Positions 1 through 8,331 of a stretch of 64,000 nucleotides of DNA are shown piece after piece. The position numbers were made by a program, and so were the translations under genes. The notes beneath the pieces were generated by a model that had not been told where the DNA came from, ran no database searches, and was given only the letters and a program-made list of their open reading frames with translations. The stretch's first letter is position 1. The number at the start of each line of letters is the position of its first letter. The stretch is from an uncultured Nitrososphaerota archaeon (lineage in GTDB: Archaea > Thermoproteota > Nitrososphaeria > Nitrososphaerales > Gagatemarchaeaceae), in the NCBI GenBank assembly GCA_963838925.1, contig CAWISW010000003.1, positions 384,001-448,000 of the forward strand. Reading direction: 5' to 3'.

Positions 1-42
1 TATCTGGCGGTATCGGATGCCGGGACCCAACTGTTTCTTGCC

Positions 43-294
43 ATGGAGAACACAGGGAATGTGCCGATAGGAGGCTATGAGGTGATGATTGACAATCAAT
101 TCGCCGGCACTCTCAACCAGACGTCCACGCCGCACCAGATTGTAAGCGGAACGATTCAGGTTGCAAGCGGCATCACAGTCGTCGTCGGAAACACCTACGC
201 CGTTAACGTGATCCCGATGGTTCATTCGGGAATCTCCTTCGGAGACCTCATCAATATGACAGCCATCGATGCATCAGAGACACCAAGCGCCTGA
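43..294 (+). CDS. Small exported/pilin-like protein, probably N-terminally truncated by the window edge
   Basis: Beta-rich Thr/Val/Gly ORF; the frame appears open toward the window start. Confidence 0.35.
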   Translation: MENTGNVPIGGYEVMIDNQFAGTLNQTSTPHQIVSGTIQVASGITVVVGNTYAVNVIPMVHSGISFGDLINMTAIDASETPSA

Positions 295-354
295 CGAACA
301 TCGTGCGCCCCAAAGACGTCCTCTTGTGGGCTCTCGCAGTCGAACTCATCTAAG

Positions 355-792
355 ATGAGGAACAGTTTTATCCGCGAAACGAGACGAAAGTATCGTTTCT
401 TGTCAAGCCCCGATAGCGAGAAGCAGGCGGGAAGCGAGGCTGCCGGCTTGGCTCCCTCCGTGGAGATAATCGAGGCCCACGGCTCGTTCGTGCAGCACAT
501 CGAGGACGGACAGGCGAGGATGAAGGTTCTCTCGGTGATAACGATAGTAGTCGCATTTCTCCTATTAGCCTCCTACTTCTATCAAGTCCTGACGCCATTC
601 ACGACCGGGACGACGGTGGTCACAGTGAACCTTCTCGACCCGACGCTCCTTGCGCTCGAGGCCATCCTCATCGTCGTGACGTTCGCGTGGCTCTACGTGG
701 GAGTCGTGAACTATCTCTTCGCCTCGCGCCTCGGAAGGCAGATCAAGGAGGCGCGCGCAAAGGAGAGGGACATCGAGAGGAAGCTCACGTAG
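355..792 (+). CDS. Hypothetical membrane protein (2 TM)
   Basis: Two hydrophobic segments, host-like codon usage; true start probably downstream. Confidence 0.6.
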   Translation: MRNSFIRETRRKYRFLSSPDSEKQAGSEAAGLAPSVEIIEAHGSFVQHIEDGQARMKVLSVITIVVAFLLLASYFYQVLTPFTTGTTVVTVNLLDPTLLALEAILIVVTFAWLYVGVVNYLFASRLGRQIKEARAKERDIERKLT

Positions 793-829
793 GGATTTAT
801 TAGCTCCCGCGTCATGTCAGGATGTGAAG

Positions 830-979
830 ATGCCCTCTCGCGAGGAAGACGAGTTCCAGAGAGAACTGAAGGAGGTTCTCGCCAAGCCCGAAAGGTGGTA
901 CCTGGAGAGAGTCGACCGGGCGGTGAAGGGCGCGCGTAATGTCAGAGCAAGACGTGTGCGAGTTTCTCAAAAGAGTTGA
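830..979 (+). CDS. Micro-protein A1 (49 aa), first gene of a bicistronic micro-cassette
   Basis: MPSREEDEFQRELKEVLAKPERWYLERVDRAVKGARNVRARRVRVSQKS; TATA-like TTTATTA at ~796; below ORF-track cutoff. Confidence 0.5.
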   Translation: MPSREEDEFQRELKEVLAKPERWYLERVDRAVKGARNVRARRVRVSQKS

Positions 980-1097
980 GGCAGCCTACACGAAGCGCCT
1001 CGTCAAGGGTTGGGAACGTGACCCAGAGTCCTTTGACGAATATGTCAGGCAGCTCGAGAACGTGATCGACCTCCGCGGAAAAATCTGCAAAGCCTAA
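939..1097 (+). CDS. Micro-protein A2 (52 aa, helical)
   Basis: MSEQDVCEFLKRVEAAYTKRLVKGWERDPESFDEYVRQLENVIDLRGKICKA; resembles ORFs 9920-10096 and 29744-29917. Confidence 0.55.
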   Translation: MSEQDVCEFLKRVEAAYTKRLVKGWERDPESFDEYVRQLENVIDLRGKICKA

Positions 1098-1149
1098 TGG
1101 CCGTAGCACAGCCTTATCTGCAAGCTCGCCGAAACCCAACCGGCACCGC

Positions 1150-2430
1150 ATGAGCTACCTCATCGGGATTGACGACACAGATTCCCGCTTCGGCCACTGC
1201 ACGACTCACCTCGGGTACCTCATCGTCTGCGAGCTAGAGAGAATCGGTTGCACCTTCACGACGTATCCTCGCCTGGTCAGGCTGAACCCCAACATCCCAT
1301 TCAAGACGAGGGGCAACGCGGCCGTCTGCATCGAGTTCGAAGCCGATTCCGACCGCCTTCGTGATGAGGCTTTCAGGGCCGCGGAGAGGCTCCTAGAGGC
1401 AGAAGCCGACGTCGCGAACGGGGCGAACTCAGCGCTAGTGATGGTGTCGAAGGACGCGGCCGACGGCCTCGCATTCTGCAGGCAGGTCTACCAAAGAGCG
1501 GTCAACGGCGTCGTGAGCTACAGGAGCGTGTCTGCAGCGGTCTCCAACATGGGCATCCACCATAGGCTGCTCGGAAACGGGATGGGGATCGTCGGGGCGG
1601 TCGCGAGCCTGGGGTTCTCGTGCGCCATGGACGACCACACCTACGAGCTGATCTCGTACCGCTTGCCTGAGAACTGCGGGACGCGAAGGGCAGTCGCGCC
1701 CGAGTCTGTCAAGGGGATGGAGGCCGAGACCTTCCCGCACACGTTCAACAGCTACGACCACGAGTCAGGTCGGGTTCTCATCGCCCCGACCGGGCCAGAC
1801 CCCGTGCTCGCGGGGGTAAGAGGAGACTCTCCCCAAGCCGTCCTCGAGGCATTCGGCAAGGTCCGGATGGGCGAGGAGGCGCTGGGCCACGTCATCTACG
1901 CCACGAACCAGTGCACGGACGCCCACCTGACGCGCCAGTTGTCGATCCCCCTCACTTCATATTCTGCGGGTTGGCTTGAAGGGAGGATCGTCACTTCGCA
2001 GCCCTTCCAAGGCGGCCACCTAATGCTCGAAGTCAGCGTCGGCGACTCGGAGGTGGGATGCATGGTCTACGAGCCTTCAGGAGACCTCATGCGGGTCGCC
2101 CGTCTCTTGTCGCCTGGGAATACCGTCAGAATCTCGGGCGGAGTCAGAAGGGCCTCGTCCAAGAACCCGGTAGTAATCAATGTGGAAAGGATTGACGTCG
2201 TCAACACTTCGCACCAAGCTCGAAGAAGGGAGGCGTTTCGGGCAGCTGCATCCCGAGTCCACCCCGGCGCGTACCTTCCTTCCCCCAGAGCTCAGAGGCA
2301 TCTGACAAAGCAGCTAGTCCGCTATGGGAACGAGATGACTGGCGAGCATGCCCTAATCAAAGGCTGGGTCAAGGCGCCGATATTACGAGCAAAGCTGCCG
2401 CTGCGGGCTGTGACCAGTAGCGGTCGCTGA
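1150..2430 (+). CDS. tiaS: tRNA(Ile2) agmatidine synthetase (lacks the Zn-ribbon cysteines)
   Basis: IGIDDTDS, RLNPNIPFKTRGN, GPDPVLAGVRG, TNQCTDAHL, RHLTK motifs. Confidence 0.93.
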   Translation: MSYLIGIDDTDSRFGHCTTHLGYLIVCELERIGCTFTTYPRLVRLNPNIPFKTRGNAAVCIEFEADSDRLRDEAFRAAERLLEAEADVANGANSALVMVSKDAADGLAFCRQVYQRAVNGVVSYRSVSAAVSNMGIHHRLLGNGMGIVGAVASLGFSCAMDDHTYELISYRLPENCGTRRAVAPESVKGMEAETFPHTFNSYDHESGRVLIAPTGPDPVLAGVRGDSPQAVLEAFGKVRMGEEALGHVIYATNQCTDAHLTRQLSIPLTSYSAGWLEGRIVTSQPFQGGHLMLEVSVGDSEVGCMVYEPSGDLMRVARLLSPGNTVRISGGVRRASSKNPVVINVERIDVVNTSHQARRREAFRAAASRVHPGAYLPSPRAQRHLTKQLVRYGNEMTGEHALIKGWVKAPILRAKLPLRAVTSSGR

Positions 2431-2437
2431 TTGTCAG

Positions 2438-3568
2438 TCAAGGGCTGAATGTGAACGTCTGCGTCTCGTTGTCGGTGAAACTCAACGTCAGCGGACCGCG
2501 CGGTAATGGGGAGGAGTTGGTCACGCTGATGAGCGAGCACTCGTTTGGATAGAAGAGTGCGGGGTAACTCAGAGTCCCGTTGGGCGCGTAGTATTGCCAA
2601 CTCTGCACTTGGATTCCATCGGGAGAGAACTGGTAAGGCGAGTTGCCGTAATGGAAGGATGATGAGTCAAACGATAGAAGCGTGAGGGTTGAGTTTCCTG
2701 TGTTCGAGAGCGCTAGCACGACCGTCCTGTTGCTCCCCAGATTTTGGTAGTAGCTTTGGAGCTTGAGAGGACCGGCGCTTGATGTGCCATTTGTGAAGCT
2801 CACAAACGAGGAATTCGATGCGATTGTGGCGCAGTCGAGAGGGTTCGCGTTCTTGAGCACCTTGAAATGCAGAATCGCCATCTGCCCAAATGCGTCCTCG
2901 CCTACCATAGTGTAGTTGCCTGGAGAAAACGACCGAAAGGTGATGTTCGGCGATGAGCCGACCGGAATGAACGGGATCGTACCGGTCCAATATCCAAAAT
3001 ATTTCTCCGTCGCGGTCGCCGCCTGAGTGTACACATCGGTGAGGTTGGGTTGCGGGCTGACTAGGGTGAAGACATCACTTGAAGGCGCGAATGAGAAATA
3101 AGCAATTTGGAAAGCTTCTGGGCAGCTGGTTGGGCCAGGATAACTGAGTCCCAAGGGGTCACCCTCAGACATGTTTTCAACACCATAGTTGCCCTGGTAA
3201 ATCCCGACTCCTACGGGAAGCTGACCGCATGGACCGATACGAAGATGGACTCCGGTCGTCAGAGTCAAGTTGCTCCTATCGGTGAGCGTATTCTCAAGCG
3301 TCACATTCATCGACACACCGTCGTTTTGAGGTACCTGAGCTTGTCCGATGCTTAATGTAAGCCGAATGCCCAAAGACGAGTTGTAATCACTAGCCGTGAG
3401 CTGGGTGCTGTTTGTCAGGATGGCTGTCGTCGCCGTGGTAGCGCTTGATGAAATCGTGGAGGTCGTGCCGGAATGAGGCAGAATCACGATCACAGAGACG
3501 AGAATCACTCCCGCTATCATCGCGGCAGCAGCCATAGGGAGCCAGCGACGGGGCGCTTGATTGCTCAA
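2438..3568 (-). CDS. Membrane-anchored secreted Ser/Thr-rich protein
   Basis: N-terminal TM, S/T linker; paralogous to 54755-55510 (PG.Y..V.ED..GQ...HF.V). Confidence 0.75.
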   Translation of the reverse strand: MSNQAPRRWLPMAAAAMIAGVILVSVIVILPHSGTTSTISSSATTATTAILTNSTQLTASDYNSSLGIRLTLSIGQAQVPQNDGVSMNVTLENTLTDRSNLTLTTGVHLRIGPCGQLPVGVGIYQGNYGVENMSEGDPLGLSYPGPTSCPEAFQIAYFSFAPSSDVFTLVSPQPNLTDVYTQAATATEKYFGYWTGTIPFIPVGSSPNITFRSFSPGNYTMVGEDAFGQMAILHFKVLKNANPLDCATIASNSSFVSFTNGTSSAGPLKLQSYYQNLGSNRTVVLALSNTGNSTLTLLSFDSSSFHYGNSPYQFSPDGIQVQSWQYYAPNGTLSYPALFYPNECSLISVTNSSPLPRGPLTLSFTDNETQTFTFSP

Positions 3569-3711
3569 CAGACCAGTTTCTTGAGGTCGGATTTCGCTAA
3601 ATAGTTTTGTCCGACCGCGCGAATGCTTCTTTCAAAGGGACTTTGGTCTAGACTTGTCGAACCCCGCCGTGTCTCGAAAAGCTTAAGATTGAATTTGCGC
3701 CGAACAGCGTC

Positions 3712-3767
3712 GGCGGTGGAGCTCGCCATAACCGCTCGCAACCTGTTGTGGGCCAATAGCTCCTACC
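3712..3767 (+). promoter_or_regulatory. Fluoride (crcB) riboswitch
   Basis: GGCGGTGGAGCTCGCCATAACCGC...GCCAATAGCTCCTACC matches the crcB motif, with GGAGC/GCTCC pseudoknot; directly upstream of crcB. Confidence 0.9.
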
Positions 3768-3800
3768 AAACAAAACAAAAGCGAGCGGGAATGATACACG

Positions 3801-4181
3801 ATGAAGTATGACCTGGTCTATCTGGCAGCGGGCGCTCTTCTCGGGGCCTTCATGCGCTACAAGGTCACAGGCGACAACCTCTTCGCCGGAGGACTCCCGA
3901 TCTCTGTCTTGCTCGTGAACATCATCGGAAGTTTGATTTTGGGGGCGAGCTCGACCGCAGTTTCGAGCCTCGGCCTCGACGAGCGCTACACCCTGCTAAT
4001 CGGGATAGGATTCTGCGGCTCCCTTACCACGATGTCCTCCTTCGCCTTTGAGACCGTGAACCTGATAAGCGTCGGAGAGATTGCGACCGCGGGACTGGAC
4101 TTAGTACTCAATGTCGGCGCCTCGCTCGGCGCAATAATATTAGGCAGGGCGGTCATGACGCTCCTGCTAGGACTAGGTTAG
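3801..4181 (+). CDS. crcB: Fluoride efflux channel Fluc/CrcB
   Basis: GA.lRY, VNIIGS, GFCGSLTTMSSFAFE motifs; 4 TM. Confidence 0.95.
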   Translation: MKYDLVYLAAGALLGAFMRYKVTGDNLFAGGLPISVLLVNIIGSLILGASSTAVSSLGLDERYTLLIGIGFCGSLTTMSSFAFETVNLISVGEIATAGLDLVLNVGASLGAIILGRAVMTLLLGLG

Positions 4182-4189
4182 ACTCCAAG

Positions 4190-4525
4190 ATGGTCGCAGA
4201 CTCAGGCCTGCCGGCTCCCAAGAAGATGCTAAGGCTCACCGTCATTGTCAAGGCCCGTGACTCCTACCAGGGGAAGCCGGTCGTAGACGTGCTGCTCTCG
4301 CTATACAAGAAGGTCGGCATCTCGGGCGCCACTGTGACTCACGCGGCAAGGGGCTACGGGGTCCGTGGCGTCGCTCGAGCAGACGTCCTGGGCCTCTCGG
4401 TCAACCTTCCCACGATAATCGAGACTGTGGCCGACAATGAGAAGGTCGACAAGGTCCTTCCGGAGATCCACCGGATGGTCGGGAATAACGGTCTGATTAC
4501 GACTTCAGAAGTGAACGTATACTGA
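4190..4525 (+). CDS. DUF190 PII-like protein (crcB partner)
   Basis: GISGATV...GYG and LP.IIE.V motifs; usual crcB neighbour. Confidence 0.85.
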   Translation: MVADSGLPAPKKMLRLTVIVKARDSYQGKPVVDVLLSLYKKVGISGATVTHAARGYGVRGVARADVLGLSVNLPTIIETVADNEKVDKVLPEIHRMVGNNGLITTSEVNVY

Positions 4526-4540
4526 CTAGGATGAGAAAAG

Positions 4541-4556
4541 TAGCGAGAGGTTGAAC
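4541..4556 (-). repeat. Degenerate remnant of tRNA-iMet 3' end
   Basis: TAGCGAG-AGGTTGAAC versus TAGCGAGGGAAGGATTTGAAC at 6091. Confidence 0.4.
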
Positions 4557-4643
4557 TGAGTCTTCTTGCGCTAGGCCAAACGAAGACTAGACTCTACCCG
4601 TTGGGACAATACTATAAGAAAAGCCGCTTGACTTACCCACTCA

Positions 4644-5252
4644 ATGCAACGAACCAATACTGTCTTGGCAGTCTTCGTAGTATTGGCCATTGCGCTCGCT
4701 TCTCTCTCCGCTCTGGAATACTCGATGCTCGGAACGCAAAAGACCACAACCATGTCAGAGATCGGGACTAGCGTTCTATCTACTACAACCGTTACCTCCA
4801 CAGTTACCACCTTGAGCGAAATCACGGTAACTGCTTCCTCGCTCCCTTACGTGTTGCCTCCGGACGAACATTGTTGCTTTGTGATTCAGACCGCTGACAA
4901 TGTTACTGGAACTACTTTTGCATACACAGAGTTGAACGGATCCATCCCAGCAGCCTCTTACGCCCTCGATAACGTAACCTCGTTCACCCTCGATAACGTG
5001 AGATTCAGCATCGTGGTATCGTTGGTCGGCCAAGCCCAACATGGACTTGGTTGTTACCTATGGCCGCCCACAGAAGCCGGATACGTCCAAGCGACCTTCT
5101 CAGACGGGACCTCTGAGCGACTGAATCCCTGCCTTGTGCTTGGAGCTCCAAGCATGGCGGTCTTGCTGACCAGCCACGTCAATCCTCAGGCAGGATTCCT
5201 CATATCTGGAGCTACGGGCGGCTTCTACTTCCTTGTGAGCACAACTCCATAG
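4644..5252 (+). CDS. Secreted/membrane-anchored Thr-rich hypothetical protein
   Basis: Signal/TM, T/S-rich linker, lower GC. Confidence 0.7.
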   Translation: MQRTNTVLAVFVVLAIALASLSALEYSMLGTQKTTTMSEIGTSVLSTTTVTSTVTTLSEITVTASSLPYVLPPDEHCCFVIQTADNVTGTTFAYTELNGSIPAASYALDNVTSFTLDNVRFSIVVSLVGQAQHGLGCYLWPPTEAGYVQATFSDGTSERLNPCLVLGAPSMAVLLTSHVNPQAGFLISGATGGFYFLVSTTP

Positions 5253-5317
5253 AGATTCGAACCTACAGAAGACAGGAGTGGAACGGCAAGAGCATACGCT
5301 CATCTTTTGATAATGAA

Positions 5318-5385
5318 TAGCGAGGGGTGGAGTTTCAGAGGGATATCCCTCCTTTGAACTTACGGCCGGATTACTCCGGTCACCC
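5318..5385 (-). pseudogene. Orphan 3' part of tRNA-iMet (T-arm plus acceptor) with two 21-nt hairpin introns
   Basis: Minus strand GGTG[ACCGGAGTAATCCGGCCGTAA]GTTCAAA[GGAGGGATATCCCTCTGAAAC]TCCACCCCTCGCTA; acceptor CCTCGCTA identical to the tRNA at 6091. Confidence 0.8.
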
Positions 5386-5419
5386 TTGTCGTCTAAATAC
5401 TCCGTAGTCCTATTGAATC

Positions 5420-6109
5420 ATGGAGTTTTCGTCGCTAACTCCTGGCCGGGCGGAGCTCCTTGGAGCCATGACAGGAGACAAGCGAGTTTTCAAACAGACC
5501 CATGGCTACGGTTTCTACAAAGGATACGATTTGTCGAAATATACCCGATACATTACTTCGATTTGTCTTGGAGCCGACAAGGAATGGGGGAAAAGGCTCT
5601 CGGGCATAGCTTTCAAAGAGTTTGGAATTAGAGGATCAATCTACTGGGATCGTGACGAATGGTTCTTGTTCACCAGCTCGGCGAGATTATTCAGAGGTTT
5701 ATCCCCTTACTATTCGCCTGAATGGAATGCTAGGAAATGGAGGGTCAGCCCGGCCATACTGGCGTCTTCGTTGGAGGCGAGATGTCGCTTCGTAAAGGGC
5801 TATTTCGACGCCGACGGCTATCCGTACTTCAATAAATCTAGAAACAAGATTCTGGTGCAGGTCAATTCTGTAAACAACCGGGGACTAATGGATGTGAGAC
5901 AACTTTTGGAAAGCATGGACTTCCATCCCGGACTCTACAAGCGCTACCGAGACAAAGCGGTTTGGGAGGTCACGATTCAAAGAAAGCAAGAAATCGTGCG
6001 GTTTTCCAGGGAAATTGGTTTTAGCATCGCCAGAAAGCAGAAACGCCTATTGCGAATGATAAATCGCAAATGGCCCGGCTTAATAGTGAGTAGCGAGGGA
6101 AGGATTTGA
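5420..6109 (+). CDS. Free-standing LAGLIDADG homing endonuclease (two motifs)
   Basis: AELLGAMTGD and FVKGYFDADG motifs; IGF...RKQ C-terminal motif; stop codon lies inside the tRNA-iMet T-arm. Confidence 0.85.
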   Translation: MEFSSLTPGRAELLGAMTGDKRVFKQTHGYGFYKGYDLSKYTRYITSICLGADKEWGKRLSGIAFKEFGIRGSIYWDRDEWFLFTSSARLFRGLSPYYSPEWNARKWRVSPAILASSLEARCRFVKGYFDADGYPYFNKSRNKILVQVNSVNNRGLMDVRQLLESMDFHPGLYKRYRDKAVWEVTIQRKQEIVRFSREIGFSIARKQKRLLRMINRKWPGLIVSSEGRI

Positions 6110-6187
6110 ACCTTCGCTCTGCGGGTTATGAGCCCGCCGGGATAACAACCAACGCCTTTTGGGCGCACCTGGCTTCCCCACCTCGCT
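6091..6187 (-). tRNA. tRNA-iMet(CAT) with ~22-nt D-loop intron (~6145-6166)
   Basis: A1:U72, GCGGG-CTCATAA-CCCGC anticodon arm, GAAGGTTCAAATCCTTC T-arm. Confidence 0.92.
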
Positions 6188-6293
6188 AAGCTGAAACACC
6201 CGATTTCTGACTCTTATATCCTTCTCGGAGTCTTGAGGTCCTAAGATTCGCGCGATTCTAGGATTGATGGGGCGACCAGAGAACAAGGCGTTT

Positions 6294-6545
6294 CTAGGAA
6301 GTCACGGGAGAAGGCGGAGTGACCTTCTTGGAACCAGGTTCCGAGATTAGTATGAAACCCGCCAAAATCAACGCAAATCCCACATATTCGAAAATGGGAT
6401 TGGAGCTTGTAATGCAATCTCCGGGAGGGGAAGCGCAACCAGTTAGAGGGAAGAATCTGCTCAGAAACAAGAATCCGCCTACCAAGAGGAATATTCCCGT
6501 CGCCAACACGATCCATCCCAAACGGCGGACCTGACTCTTCCTCAT
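6294..6545 (-). CDS. Small 2-TM membrane protein
   Basis: Two hydrophobic helices flanking a Cys pair. Confidence 0.55.
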   Translation of the reverse strand: MRKSQVRRLGWIVLATGIFLLVGGFLFLSRFFPLTGCASPPGDCITSSNPIFEYVGFALILAGFILISEPGSKKVTPPSPVTS

Positions 6546-6712
6546 GTCTCTAGAATCTTCACCCTCTAAGATAAGCGTGCGCCGAGCCTAAGACGCGGGC
6601 GGCGTCGTCCAGGCATTGACAGGAAGAATGTGACGTGCATCTACGAGAGCCCAACGTATCGCCCGTTTCGTTACGTGTGACTGTAAAGAAATGAGTGTGA
6701 AAAGAGCCTAAA

Positions 6713-7252
6713 CTAACTTCTCTGGAGAACTAGGCTCTCGGCATCCACCCCAACCGCAGCGTCAACGTCTTCCTTGAGCCGCCTGAGCCTTTGCACGTCG
6801 TGCCCCTTCCTGACGAAGCGCTTGACCTCCTCCTCGAAGGGCCTCGCCGTGTCTCCTTCCAGCATCTTGTCGGCGAAGCAGACTATCTTCTCCTCGAGGG
6901 TCCTAGGGACGTATTCCCCCGCGGGGAACTTTAGCGCGACAGCCTCCTCGTGCGAGATCCCCGCGCCGACGTGCCTCTTGACTATCTCCACGACGACACC
7001 GTCCACTCCTTCCTTCTGCAACAGCTCCGCCCCGACGTACCCGTGAGCCACCGTCTGTATCTGTGTCCGCCCGATGTCGTGGAGGAGCGCTCCCGCGACC
7101 GCGGCCTCCTGGTTGACGAGGTTCCCGCGCGACGCAGCCTTCTCGGAGAGCAGCCTCGAGATGGTGGCGCACGCCTGGCAGTGGCTGACGATGCGCTCGT
7201 TGCTCCCATACTTCTTGTGGAGGGCCAAGGCCTGCTGCGCGCTGGGAATCAT
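6713..7252 (-). CDS. HD-domain protein (TIGR00295-like)
   Basis: H...LLHDIG...HG...RHVGAG...ADK motifs. Confidence 0.88.
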   Translation of the reverse strand: MIPSAQQALALHKKYGSNERIVSHCQACATISRLLSEKAASRGNLVNQEAAVAGALLHDIGRTQIQTVAHGYVGAELLQKEGVDGVVVEIVKRHVGAGISHEEAVALKFPAGEYVPRTLEEKIVCFADKMLEGDTARPFEEEVKRFVRKGHDVQRLRRLKEDVDAAVGVDAESLVLQRS

Positions 7253-7287
7253 TCAATCACGGTCTTGGCCGGCGGAGAGAGAAGAGG

Positions 7288-7803
7288 TCACTTTGCGATC
7301 GTGATGTCTTCTTCGAGCTGGTTGATCTTCCACTTCAGCGCCTCCTTCAGCTCGGTGTTGTCTATCCTGTTGAGCGGCCTCTGGCAGGTGGGGCACTTGA
7401 AGAAGGTCTCCATGGCCTCCTCGAAGGTCCTGGTGACGCACGTGGGCGTCCCGCAGAAGTAGAACTCGCGAGTCTCCTCGTGGTCGAGGCGCTGCTTGAG
7501 CCTGTTGAGTATCTTCTTCTTCTGGGTCTGGATGAACCCGTCTGTCTGGTCGCGCTGCGCCTTCCACCTGTACACGAACCACCCCCTCTTCGGGTCCCTG
7601 ACCCTGACTCCCGAGATGAGGCTCCTCCCGAAGAGGTCGTAGAGGGCCTTCCTGACCGTCTTGATCTTGAGGCCCGTGGCCGAGGCGATCTCCTCGTCCG
7701 TGGCGTTCTCGTTGTTGAGCAGAGCCCGGGCTACCCGGACGTAATCGGGGCCGCCGATGAGGCCCGCGACCTTCACAAAAGTATCCTCGTATTCTATTTT
7801 CAC
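7288..7803 (-). CDS. tfe: Transcription factor E alpha
   Basis: Winged helix (TDEEIA...VRKALY...GWFVYRW) plus Zn ribbon FKCPTC. Confidence 0.93.
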   Translation of the reverse strand: MKIEYEDTFVKVAGLIGGPDYVRVARALLNNENATDEEIASATGLKIKTVRKALYDLFGRSLISGVRVRDPKRGWFVYRWKAQRDQTDGFIQTQKKKILNRLKQRLDHEETREFYFCGTPTCVTRTFEEAMETFFKCPTCQRPLNRIDNTELKEALKWKINQLEEDITIAK

Positions 7804-8330
7804 GGTTTCTGTTCTACCTGCTTTCCGTTCGCAGAAGGAACGATCCTTAGCTTGTAATCGCCGAACACCTTCTTAAGCTCTTCCCCCTTTTGCAGGTCGT
7901 GGATCGTTATCGCGAGGGCCGCGACCTCCGAATGGGGCTGCGACGTCACCGCGATGTTGTAGTCCGCCATCTTGTAGACCTCCCCTGGGACCTTCGGGCC
8001 TCCGACGGCGATGAGGAAGCTGTCTCGCTTCCTTAGCTCGGCTATCTTGTCTTGGAGCGGGCCGCCGTACATGGTTAGGTGGACGATGGTCCTCCCCTCG
8101 GCCTTCGAGTCCTGGAAGACGCGCTTCCACTTCTCCTCGACTATCGCAAAGTCACCGCCCCACGTGCGGTTTACCTCTCCCACCGTCTCGGCGAGCTCCT
8201 TCTCCACCTCCTCGAGATAGATTGCCTCCGCCCCGAGCGCCCTCGAGACGAGGCACAGGTGGGTTAGCGTGCGGTAGTCGCGTACGTACCTGTGGCCGAC
8301 CCTGACGACCTTGACGCTCTTCAGCCCCAA
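7800..8330 (-). CDS. tRNA (cytidine56-2'-O)-methyltransferase aTrm56
   Basis: GHR..RD.R..TH, VHLTMYG, QPHSEVAAL motifs. Confidence 0.93.
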   Translation of the reverse strand: MGLKSVKVVRVGHRYVRDYRTLTHLCLVSRALGAEAIYLEEVEKELAETVGEVNRTWGGDFAIVEEKWKRVFQDSKAEGRTIVHLTMYGGPLQDKIAELRKRDSFLIAVGGPKVPGEVYKMADYNIAVTSQPHSEVAALAITIHDLQKGEELKKVFGDYKLRIVPSANGKQVEQKP

Positions 8331-8331
8331 C

